A stretch of 64,000 nt of DNA from a virus. A program made the translations under genes and the position numbers. The notes under the pieces were generated by a model. The model was not told where the DNA came from. It ran no database searches and was given only the letters and a program-made list of their open reading frames with translations. Positions 1 through 7,773 of this stretch are shown here, in pieces. Every line of letters starts with the position of its first letter. Positions within the stretch are counted from its first letter, which is position 1. The DNA lies in the IMG/VR virus record IMGVR_UViG_3300021181_000008, positions 1-64,000 of that record, one strand, 5' to 3'.

Positions 1-227
1 TGAATCAATGTGCTTGCAAGCTGTTGCCAGGGCTACACACGAACAATCGGCCAGGAAACACTGTCTGACCAGCACGAATCCCTAACAGAAGTCGGTTGGA
101 TAGACAGTGGCTAACTGGCACTTGCTAGCCGCTATGGCGATTTGCAATCGAAAGACAATGTGATGAGTCATTTAGCTAGTTGCTTGCTACAGCTAGCACG
201 AAGCTAGTTCGATTGAGATCGTACTTT

Positions 228-276
228 CAGCTAATCCGCGGTTAACGGTCAGCCAGGCCGCAGCTAATCCGCGGTT
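228..276. repeat. 16-bp direct repeat CAGCTAATCCGCGGTT (228-243, 261-276)
   Basis: Two exact copies read from the sequence. Confidence 0.85.
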
Positions 277-536
277 CGATCGATACGATCGATTCGATTC
301 GAACAGATTCGAATGTTGGCCGGCGAATTCGGAACTAGTGTTTGCTATACGTAGCTGACCTGGACGAACCGTTGATTAATTCGTATATGTCCGAATGTAC
401 ACTGTACAGTACAGACCTGTATACGTAGCTATACAGCAGCGGTTACTGTGTACTACATACACAGACATCCACTGTATGACTGTACTGTGTACGTGTACAC
501 GCTATAGGTATGACTACTGTATAGGTACTACACTGT

Positions 537-731
537 ACTGTGTATGTACTACACAGATACGTACACATAGACATCCACATACGTACTGTGTATGTACTAC
601 ACACATACAGCACACACCACTGTGTATGTACTACACAGTAGGTACTGCATACCACTGCACACATACCATTACCACCACTGTGTATGTACTACACACATAC
701 CATTACCACACCACTGTGTATGTACTACACA
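537..731. repeat. Five copies of the 19-bp palindromic motif ACTGTGTATGTACTACACA
   Basis: Exact copies start at 537, 585, 619, 677 and 713; TGTGTA/TACACA form an inverted repeat around TGTAC. Confidence 0.9.
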
Positions 732-851
732 CATACCACTGTGTGTGTATGCATACCACTAGCACAATGGCACGCATGCACACTAGCTATAGGCACACAC
801 GTACTAGTCAGTGAGGCAATGGCATAAGGCACTGACCTAGCGCGGGCAATG

Positions 852-970
852 CACCATCCACCATCCACCATTCCCACCATCCACCATTCCCTTACCATCC
901 ACCATTCCCACCATCCCCCCATTGCCACCATCCCAGCAATCCACCATCCACCCATTCCCTATTGACCATT
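852..970. repeat. Degenerate CCACCAT(C/T)C microsatellite with extreme strand skew
   Basis: Top strand is almost G-free; repeated CCAT/CCAC units. Confidence 0.85.
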
Positions 971-985
971 AAAGGGAATTACCAT

Positions 986-1003
986 TAAATCATATATGAT
1001 TTA
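986..1003. promoter_or_regulatory. Perfect 18-bp AT-rich palindrome TAAATCATATATGATTTA (protein-binding or melting site)
   Basis: Self-complementary; very AT-rich in a GC-rich genome. Confidence 0.6.
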
Positions 1004-1243
1004 TTAGGTAATTCGGGGGTGTTTTTTAGCCATTGCCGGCGCAGGACAGTTCGGTCACCGATTTCCTGCCCCGGCCTCAAAAAGCCCAGGATGTAGCGCG
1101 CGACGTAGCACCTGACCTGCGGAAACGCGTCTAAGCGGAAAGCTGTTCCGGTCTTGACACGCCGTCTGAGATCTGGTGGACTGCTGTCCGTGGACGCTCG
1201 GTGGATCCGAACATGTGGCGGAGGATGCGGAAAAAGGCTCAAA

Positions 1244-1462
1244 ATGGGCCGTTTTCGGGCCGATTCGCCCATTTGCCGTGCCTGCCGACGTCGGCGCAGC
1301 CTCCTGACCTGCGGTTGGTGCCATAAATCGTTCCGGTCGCTCGGCGGCCACCTCGAAGCCAGTTTCTGCTCGCGGCACTGCGCGATGCTCTGGCGAGGGC
1401 TAAATCGGCGCGATCCGGTCGATCCAGTTCCCGTCAGAACCCGTGGCTTCTTCGTGGATTGA
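1244..1462 (+). CDS. Small Cys-rich zinc-finger-like protein
   Basis: CxxC...CxxCxKxF...FCSxxC pattern; start uncertain. Confidence 0.4.
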   Translation: MGRFRADSPICRACRRRRSLLTCGWCHKSFRSLGGHLEASFCSRHCAMLWRGLNRRDPVDPVPVRTRGFFVD

Positions 1463-1523
1463 CGAGGTTTCGGCGGCTCTGGTGAACTTCCCCGGACTTC
1501 TGGCTGGTACGCTGGGGAGTCAT

Positions 1524-1583
1524 GCCAGGGGCGGTACTTATGCCCCTTCGGGTGCGACGCCCGACACGGAGGCCGCTCCTGGC
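1524..1583 (+). ncRNA. Candidate structured RNA (12-bp closing stem with internal cUUCGg hairpin)
   Basis: GCCAGGGGCGGT (1524-1535) pairs with GCCGCTCCTGGC (1572-1583); lies downstream of a -10-like TACGCT at 1508. Confidence 0.5.
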
Positions 1584-1590
1584 AGCGCTT

Positions 1591-1667
1591 GGGCCTGACC
1601 GGTATCGATCGGGGTAAATCCGCTTGCGGACGCTCGTGAGACTAGGGTTCGACTCCCTACAGGTCCA
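1591..1667 (+). ncRNA. Mini-tmRNA: tRNA-like domain only, no mRNA-like domain
   Basis: Acceptor stem GGGCCTG/CAGGTCC with G3:U pair and A discriminator; tmRNA-type D-loop A-CC-GG-TAT-CGA; GAC connector; T-arm TAGGG-TTCGACT-CCCTA; interior is only a short gCUUGc hairpin. Confidence 0.75.
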
Positions 1668-1690
1668 CTTTTGGCCCTAAGATGGCCTCC

Positions 1691-2281
1691 ATGAGCGATC
1701 CAGTGAACCACCCGAGCCACTACCACAGCGAGTACTGGCACTCGACCTGCGGCAAGCCGATCGAGTGCATCGACATCGTGCGGCACATGGACTTCAACAC
1801 CGGCAACGCCGTCAAGTACGCCTGGCGGGCCGGCAAGAAGGGCGACGCGATCGAGGACCTGGAAAAGGCCGTTTGGTACCTGAATGACCGGATTTCGGAG
1901 CTAAAGAGGGTCCAGGAGGCCCAAAAAGAGGCCGAAAAGGAGGAGCTGGACCGGGCCGAGCTGCTGGAGGAACTGGCCGGCCGCGAGCCCAAGATCGAGA
2001 CCGTGACCGCCGTCGAGTGCGACTACAACACGGTTCGCGGCGGCCCGGGCGAGTTCTGGGTGCTGAACGTCTACGACCACTGGTCGGCCAACGAAGCCTG
2101 GGCGAAGTTCAACCAGGACGCGCTTTTCCTCAATCACCCTCAGCGGGAGGCCATTCGCAGCTCCCTGCTCGGCCTGATCACGCGCATCGCCAGCAGCGCG
2201 TACGATAGGCTGGCTCCCTGGGTCAGGGAAGCGGCCGAGGACTGGGCTTACGCCGAAAAGGCGCGAGAGGAGCACTGCTGA
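1691..2281 (+). CDS. DUF3310 domain protein
   Basis: DPVNHPSHY...ECID...FNTGNAVKYAWRAGKKG..EDLEKAVWYL motif; leaderless start after TAAGAT. Confidence 0.8.
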   Translation: MSDPVNHPSHYHSEYWHSTCGKPIECIDIVRHMDFNTGNAVKYAWRAGKKGDAIEDLEKAVWYLNDRISELKRVQEAQKEAEKEELDRAELLEELAGREPKIETVTAVECDYNTVRGGPGEFWVLNVYDHWSANEAWAKFNQDALFLNHPQREAIRSSLLGLITRIASSAYDRLAPWVREAAEDWAYAEKAREEHC

Positions 2282-2853
2282 TGTGGGGTAATCCGGAAGA
2301 CGACGAAGAATACGTCACCAGGGATTCGGGCGAAAAAGCGGTCCACAGCGACGGCGTGCAGCGCGACACCCAGAACGGCAAGACGCTGTTCACGCTGCTG
2401 TTCCCCAAGGGCGTGCCGATGGCCCAGCAGCTCATGGTCCGGGTGGCCAAGCTCTACACCCGCGGAGCTGAGAAGTACGGCGACCGCAACTGGGAGAACT
2501 CCAGGAGCGCGGACACGCTGGCCCACCATGAGGACGCTCTCTGGCGGCACTTCATGAACTTCTACTTCGGGATCCAGGACGGCGAGGACCACGCGGCTGC
2601 CATCGTGTGGAACATCAACGCCGTCGAGCTGAACCGGCGCAACCTCCAGGGCAGCGAGGTCAAGCAGGAGATCACGCCGGAGAACATCACCGACGAGCAG
2701 GCCGACGCCGCGTTCAAGGCCGCCGCCAAGGCGTACGGGCAGCCCCAGAGCGAGTCGGACATCGCGTTCCACAACGTGCGGCGGGCCTGCCAGGAGAACT
2801 TCAAGACGGCCGAGCCCACCGACCGCAACCCGAACGATCACAGGTACCACTGA
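2281..2853 (+). CDS. dATP/dGTP diphosphohydrolase domain protein (DUF5664-like)
   Basis: G..RD...GK, GAEKYGDRNW, ALWRH, EDHAAAIVWN motifs. Confidence 0.75.
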   Translation: MWGNPEDDEEYVTRDSGEKAVHSDGVQRDTQNGKTLFTLLFPKGVPMAQQLMVRVAKLYTRGAEKYGDRNWENSRSADTLAHHEDALWRHFMNFYFGIQDGEDHAAAIVWNINAVELNRRNLQGSEVKQEITPENITDEQADAAFKAAAKAYGQPQSESDIAFHNVRRACQENFKTAEPTDRNPNDHRYH

Positions 2854-3041
2854 TGGGACTAGACGACGAGGCCGAGAAGCTCCGGCAGGCCGAGGCTTGG
2901 TTCTACGACGGCACCCCTGACCAGCTTGAGGCGGCGCTGGATTACGTCGGGCATGTGATCGCCGTGTCCCAGCGCCCGGAGCTGCGGTCCAAAGCATGGA
3001 GACTGCTCCACCGGATGGAAGAAAAGGAAAAGGCGAAATGA
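2853..3041 (+). CDS. Hypothetical protein
   Basis: Coupled to neighbours by TGATG/ATGA overlaps. Confidence 0.6.
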   Translation: MGLDDEAEKLRQAEAWFYDGTPDQLEAALDYVGHVIAVSQRPELRSKAWRLLHRMEEKEKAK

Positions 3042-3532
3042 GTCACCGGCTGTACATCGCCAACAAGATGACGGAGATCCCGTACTTCAACGCGCCGTGG
3101 TTCGACATGGCCGAGCGGTCGCTGCTCGCGATCCCCACCGTCATCCAGGTGTTCAACCCGGCCGAGCACGACCGCAACATGGGCTTCGACCCGATGCTCT
3201 GCCCGCACGGCAGCAAGGAAGAGTCGCGGTCGGCCGGGTTCAACCTCCGTGAGGCGCTTTCGGCCGACTGGGAGTGGATCGCCAAGTACAGCACCGGGCT
3301 CATCGTCGGCCCGGACTGGATGTCGTCGCCGGGGGCCAAGAGCGAGGTCGCTTGTCACCAGGCGCTCACGCTGCCAGTCTGGGAGTATGGGACCTTCCTC
3401 AAGTACTGGAACTCGCCGCTCCTGTGGACGCCCGAGTTGATGGTGCCGCCGCTGCGGCCGGTGTTCATGCCCGCACCAGTGCTAGCCGAGGAGCCGGACG
3501 ACGGCGGCTTCTTCTGTGATTGCCACGGATGA
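3038..3532 (+). CDS. DUF4406 / nucleoside 2-deoxyribosyltransferase-like protein
   Basis: LYIA..M..IPYFN..F, VFNPAE, W..SPGAKSE motifs. Confidence 0.7.
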   Translation: MSHRLYIANKMTEIPYFNAPWFDMAERSLLAIPTVIQVFNPAEHDRNMGFDPMLCPHGSKEESRSAGFNLREALSADWEWIAKYSTGLIVGPDWMSSPGAKSEVACHQALTLPVWEYGTFLKYWNSPLLWTPELMVPPLRPVFMPAPVLAEEPDDGGFFCDCHG

Positions 3533-3729
3533 ACGACACCTACGACATCGAGCGGTTCGAGCACCACATCCGCGTCACCGAGAAGCGGAAGTTCGGGTGG
3601 TCCCGGTGCTTCTCGCTTAACGAGGCTTTCGAGCTTGCCACGAAACTTCCGGATATCATCGAAGAGATGCTGAAGGAAGGTGCCGAGGATGGCGACGGGC
3701 AAGTGGATCGAGGCCAAGCGGGCGGGTAA
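3529..3729 (+). CDS. Hypothetical protein
   Basis: ATGA overlap with upstream gene. Confidence 0.55.
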   Translation: MNDTYDIERFEHHIRVTEKRKFGWSRCFSLNEAFELATKLPDIIEEMLKEGAEDGDGQVDRGQAGG

Positions 3730-4117
3730 GTGCGCCAACTGCAAGAGCCAGATCAGCGAGGGCGATCAGATCTTCAACGCCCGTGGCGCTTGGCTGTGCA
3801 CTGCCTGCGGGCTGGTCGCCGAGAACACGCCTGATGACGTCGTGCAGGGCGGGCTGGAAGAGGCGGCGCTGAAGGATCTGTGCGCGTTCCCCGACGAGGC
3901 CCAGGACTCCACCATCGCCAAGGCGATCATCTTCATGGCCCACCAGCTCGACATGGGCTACATCGTCGGACCGCGCGACGTCTCGAACTACACCAAGGAA
4001 ATCCGCGTCAACATGCTGACGCTGCGCGACCTCTACCCGCCGGACGAGGACGACGACGCAACGGACATGGCCCGCAAGCAGCGCGAGCGCCGCAACCGGG
4101 AACAGAACGGCTACTAG
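3689..4117 (+). CDS. Probable terminase small subunit with N-terminal zinc ribbon
   Basis: CxxC..CxxC, then A..LD...KEIR..L..L...DD.D..R..RERR pattern typical of actinophage TerS; lies upstream of TerL. Confidence 0.6.
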   Translation: MATGKWIEAKRAGKCANCKSQISEGDQIFNARGAWLCTACGLVAENTPDDVVQGGLEEAALKDLCAFPDEAQDSTIAKAIIFMAHQLDMGYIVGPRDVSNYTKEIRVNMLTLRDLYPPDEDDDATDMARKQRERRNREQNGY

Positions 4118-4133
4118 TGATGTTGGACGAGCC

Positions 4134-4397
4134 ATGGAAGATGAGTTCACACCCAGCAACCACGGTTGCATCAGAATCAACGGTGTCGGTCTGTTCGACT
4201 CGGAGTTCGTTTTCGGGAAAGGTTCGAACATATGCACATGCGGAGCGCTACCCGAGGGAACGCCGTGGAACCAGAGCCGGCTGACCCTCCACTCCCTGGA
4301 CTGCTCGTCGGTTCTGTGCCCGATGTGCTCGCTGGAGCCGCAGCCCGAGCAGCCTGGTGGCAGTGGCGGCACGACCACCCCGAGTACGGCTGGCTAG
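4134..4397 (+). CDS. Small Cys-rich hypothetical protein
   Basis: CTCG, HxxxC and CPMC motifs. Confidence 0.4.
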   Translation: MEDEFTPSNHGCIRINGVGLFDSEFVFGKGSNICTCGALPEGTPWNQSRLTLHSLDCSSVLCPMCSLEPQPEQPGGSGGTTTPSTAG

Positions 4398-4594
4398 CGC
4401 TCGGACTCCTCGTCGTCGCGGCCGACGTCACCGGCAGCAGGACCATGAGCGACGCGTTCCGCACCGCGAGCCGTAGTTCTGTCGGCCGCCCCGTCATGAT
4501 CGCCGGCTGGGGCATCCTGACCGCGCACCTGTTCGGGCTTATCCCGCCCGGAATCGATCCCATCAACCAACTCTGGAAGAAGTGTCATGGCTAA
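4316..4594 (+). CDS. Membrane protein
   Basis: Two hydrophobic segments; start uncertain. Confidence 0.55.
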   Translation: MPDVLAGAAARAAWWQWRHDHPEYGWLALGLLVVAADVTGSRTMSDAFRTASRSSVGRPVMIAGWGILTAHLFGLIPPGIDPINQLWKKCHG

Positions 4595-4886
4595 GGCTGA
4601 GAAGACCGACTGGATGAGCGCCAAGCAGTTCGTCGCGTACCTGGAAGACAACAAGATCCAGAGCCCGATATACGGCTGGAAGATGGTCGAGCTGCTGCGG
4701 ATGCACTCGGCGCAGAAGTTCGTCATGGAGACCGGCCACCCGATCCCGCCGCCCAGCAGCTTCGCTCCGTTCCGGCCCAACGACGGTCCCAAGCGCCCGG
4801 TCTACCGCTACGTCTTCCGCAAGATGGTCAAAGAGGGAACGGTCGGCGGCGTCTGCCTCTTCCAGGTCACCAAGAAGCTGCTGTGA
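4587..4886 (+). CDS. Hypothetical protein
   Basis: Coupled ORF with typical GC3 bias. Confidence 0.65.
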   Translation: MAKAEKTDWMSAKQFVAYLEDNKIQSPIYGWKMVELLRMHSAQKFVMETGHPIPPPSSFAPFRPNDGPKRPVYRYVFRKMVKEGTVGGVCLFQVTKKLL

Positions 4887-5227
4887 CCGCAGCCAAGTAC
4901 AGGAACGCCGGGTGGACCGAGGAGGAGCTGTCCTTCATTCGTGATCACCCCACGATGCCGCCAATTGAACTTGCCAAGTGGCTGCCCGGCCGCACGCTGA
5001 ACGCCTGTGCTCAGGCCCGCTTCCGACTCGACGGACGCAAGCCGCCCAAGCCGACCGAGTACGACAAGAAGCTGCCGGGCGACTACATTGAGCAGCTCAG
5101 TCTGTTTCTGGTGGAGGATTTCGAATGTATGGAGATCTGGGCGCGCTGGCATGGCTACGCTACCTGGGAGACGCTGGGGATCGACGAGCGCGGTTTCGTG
5201 CATGTGCGCTGCACCGCAAAGGGGTAG
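4883..5227 (+). CDS. Myb/SANT-like helix-turn-helix protein
   Basis: WTEEEL..IRDH...ELAKWLPGRT..A...R pattern. Confidence 0.55.
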   Translation: MTAAKYRNAGWTEEELSFIRDHPTMPPIELAKWLPGRTLNACAQARFRLDGRKPPKPTEYDKKLPGDYIEQLSLFLVEDFECMEIWARWHGYATWETLGIDERGFVHVRCTAKG

Positions 5228-5262
5228 CCACTCCCCTGCACCCCAACGCGTTCCGGCTCCAG

Positions 5263-5487
5263 ATGGAGACCGATGCTCGCATAAACCTGGTGGCGGCGAA
5301 GCGCAAGAAGTTCTGGCGCTGGCCCGAGCGCCTGTGGTGCGCCTCCCTGGTTGCGGCTACGCTCGATGTGGTTGAGCACCACTCGTTCCTCGGCCTCCCC
5401 GCAGTCTGGGCGCTGGTCGGGCTGATGGTCGTCCGGATCCTCATAGCGGGGGTGCTCTGTTTTAGGGAGCTGTATGTCGGACAGTAG
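5263..5487 (+). CDS. Small membrane protein
   Basis: Two hydrophobic helices. Confidence 0.45.
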   Translation: METDARINLVAAKRKKFWRWPERLWCASLVAATLDVVEHHSFLGLPAVWALVGLMVVRILIAGVLCFRELYVGQ

Positions 5488-5672
5488 ATGGCCAATCAGC
5501 ACGCCGCTGCACCCCAAGGCCCGGCACTTGCAGGTGTGGCAGAGCTGGAAGAGGGTCCAGCGCAACGCCGCCCTCGTCCTGCTCCCAATCGCCGTCATCA
5601 CTTTCGTCTGGGGGAGACGTGCCGCTAAGGCTCAAGCAGTCCGCTTGGCAGGATCATCTCGACCTCACCCGC

Positions 5673-5951
5673 ATGCCAAATCAGCGGCCCATCGGTGACT
5701 ACCGGATCGACATCTTCCCGCTCAGTCAGGCGTACGAGATGGAGTACGGGCCGAGCTGCGACTGGTACTGGCGCGTCGAGCTGGGCGACATCCGCATCAA
5801 CGGCGGACTGACCTACGGAGTCAGCAGCGGGCGCGAGGCAGTGGACCGCGCCATCTACATGTACGAGTGGCAGGAGTTCAAAGAGGAGAACTACTGGGAT
5901 TCGGAAACATGTTCGTGGGTGAGGCGCGGTGACCTACCTCCGCTAGAATAG
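5673..5951 (+). CDS. Hypothetical protein
   Basis: ORF with phage-like codon usage. Confidence 0.55.
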   Translation: MPNQRPIGDYRIDIFPLSQAYEMEYGPSCDWYWRVELGDIRINGGLTYGVSSGREAVDRAIYMYEWQEFKEENYWDSETCSWVRRGDLPPLE

Positions 5952-5955
5952 CTAT

Positions 5956-6111
5956 GTGACATGGGCCGAAGTTGAGGAAGCAGTAGCACTCGCTATCACT
6001 GTCGAGTCTCCGCTGCTGCTGTCAGAAGCCATTGCGCTGACGCTGGCCCGAGCCGCGATTAAATCGATGCAGGAGCTAAGGCTGACCGCCGTGGTTCCCG
6101 ATGGTGGGTGA
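5956..6111 (+). CDS. 51-aa leaderless hypothetical protein (MTWAEVEEAV...), not in the ORF track
   Basis: TAGAAT -10 followed by 6 nt and GTG; stop overlaps the TerL start. Confidence 0.5.
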   Translation: MTWAEVEEAVALAITVESPLLLSEAIALTLARAAIKSMQELRLTAVVPDGG

Positions 6112-7771
6112 CGACGAGCCGGTAATCCTGCCCGATGGGTCTATTCTCCAGGGTGAGCTTCTAGGCCAGCAGGATCCCAGGTTCTTCACGGTCCCCGACC
6201 GGCATATCGAGCCCGTGGACGGGTGCCGATCATGTGCGTCGGACGTCCACAACACGGGCTGCGGCGAGTACGCGTCCGAAGAGGTTCTACCGTGGGCCGA
6301 GGCGCATGGCTACGAGATGGACCCGTGGCAGGACTGGTCGCTGCGGAACATTCTCGGGCTCAAGCCGTCCGGCCGCTGGGCAGCGGGAACCAACAAGCTG
6401 ATCGTCTCCCGCCAGAACGGCAAGGGCACGATTCTCGAAGTGCGCGAGCTGGGCGGCCTGTTCGTGACCGGCGAAGAGGTCATCGTGCACACCGCGCACG
6501 AGTACAAGACCGCCGTGGTGCACTTCAACAGGCTCAAGGAAACGCTGAGCCACTACCCCTCGCTGATGCGCCGCGTCCGGCGTATGCCCGCGTCCAACGT
6601 CGAGCACGCCATCGAGCTGAAGCCGCAGGCCACGCTCATCTTCGGCTCGGGCGGCAAGGAGATCCGCCGCAAGGTCGCCCCGGTGCTGGTGTTCCTGGCG
6701 CGGTCCAAGGGCTCCGGCCGAGGCTTCACAGGCGACACCATCGTCTACGACGAGGACATGTACCTCACCAGTGACCAGCTCGCCGCGTCGCTGCCTGCCA
6801 TGTCCGCCCGGGCCACCCGCATTCCGGGTCCGCAGGTCATCTACATGGGGTCGGCGGGCACCGAGGAGAGCGAGCAGGCGGGCAAGCTGCGCACTCGTAT
6901 CCTCAAGGACGACAAGAAGATGTTCGGGGCCGAGTGGTCGGTCAACCCGCACCTGGAGTCGTGCCCCCGCGACCTGGTGAACGGCCGGCGGGACAACTAC
7001 TACATCGTCTGCTCCGTGCACGACGACCGCGACGACCCGCGGAGCTGGGCCAAGGCCAACCCCGGCCTCAACTACCGGCTGACGTACCAGTACACCCGCG
7101 ACGAAGAGTTCATGAACCTCCCCGAGGAGGAGTTCGACAAGGAACGCCTATCAGTCGGCCGCTGGCCCTCGGAGGACGCCGCGTGGTCCGCCATCAGCGA
7201 GGACGCATGGCAGCATCTCACGAACGAGGACCCCGGCAAGCCCGCGCAGCCCATCGCGTTCGCGTTCGACATCGACGAGGACGGCCGGTCCGCAACCATC
7301 TGCGCGGCCTGGAAGCACCCCACCGGCCAGGTTGTGCTGGAGGTGCCGCGGAACTGCTCGCGCATGGGTTCCGACTGGGTTCTCGACGAGATGGACCGCA
7401 TCTACAAGCGCAACCACCCGGTGTGCATCGCCGTCCCCAAGAACGGCCCGGCCCAGGCTCTGATCGAGGACGGGAAGAAAATGTGGCGGGACCGGCTTAT
7501 AGAAGTCGGAACCCAGGACGAGGCAGCGGCTTACGCCTGGTTCATGCAGCAGGTGAGGGGCCAGAAGCTTTGGCACTTCGGCAAGACCAAGGCCCCCACC
7601 CTGTGGCATGCGGTGGGACACGCTGACACGCGAGTCGTCGGGGACGGAGGTAAGACGTTCAGCCGGCGGGACAGCGAGTCGGATATCACGCCCATCACAT
7701 CGGCTATGCTCGCTGCCTACGGACTGAACAAGATGGCGACGGGCTACGACCCGCTCAAGACGATTGGCTAG
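6101..7771 (+). CDS. terL: Terminase large subunit
   Basis: MDPWQ adenine-binding motif, VSRQNGKG Walker A, IVYDE Walker B, W.KANP, FAFDI nuclease motif. Confidence 0.93.
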   Translation: MVGDDEPVILPDGSILQGELLGQQDPRFFTVPDRHIEPVDGCRSCASDVHNTGCGEYASEEVLPWAEAHGYEMDPWQDWSLRNILGLKPSGRWAAGTNKLIVSRQNGKGTILEVRELGGLFVTGEEVIVHTAHEYKTAVVHFNRLKETLSHYPSLMRRVRRMPASNVEHAIELKPQATLIFGSGGKEIRRKVAPVLVFLARSKGSGRGFTGDTIVYDEDMYLTSDQLAASLPAMSARATRIPGPQVIYMGSAGTEESEQAGKLRTRILKDDKKMFGAEWSVNPHLESCPRDLVNGRRDNYYIVCSVHDDRDDPRSWAKANPGLNYRLTYQYTRDEEFMNLPEEEFDKERLSVGRWPSEDAAWSAISEDAWQHLTNEDPGKPAQPIAFAFDIDEDGRSATICAAWKHPTGQVVLEVPRNCSRMGSDWVLDEMDRIYKRNHPVCIAVPKNGPAQALIEDGKKMWRDRLIEVGTQDEAAAYAWFMQQVRGQKLWHFGKTKAPTLWHAVGHADTRVVGDGGKTFSRRDSESDITPITSAMLAAYGLNKMATGYDPLKTIG

Positions 7772-7773
7772 GC

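Noticed and set aside
537-731. CRISPR-like array
   Set aside because: Repeats are only 19 bp, intervening sequences are irregular (15-39 bp), low-complexity and similar to each other, and no cas genes are present
395-955. ORFs 395-814, 443-664 and 725-955
   Set aside because: They are translations of simple repeats with non-phage codon usage
1522-1617. 31-codon ORF across the structured RNAs
   Set aside because: The sequence is better explained by RNA base-pairing and has poor codon bias
1591-1667. Ordinary tRNA-Ala, full or permuted tmRNA, or Y RNA
   Set aside because: No 7-nt anticodon loop, no tag ORF or pseudoknots, the 5' and 3' halves are in standard order, and the acceptor ends are free, unlike YrlA
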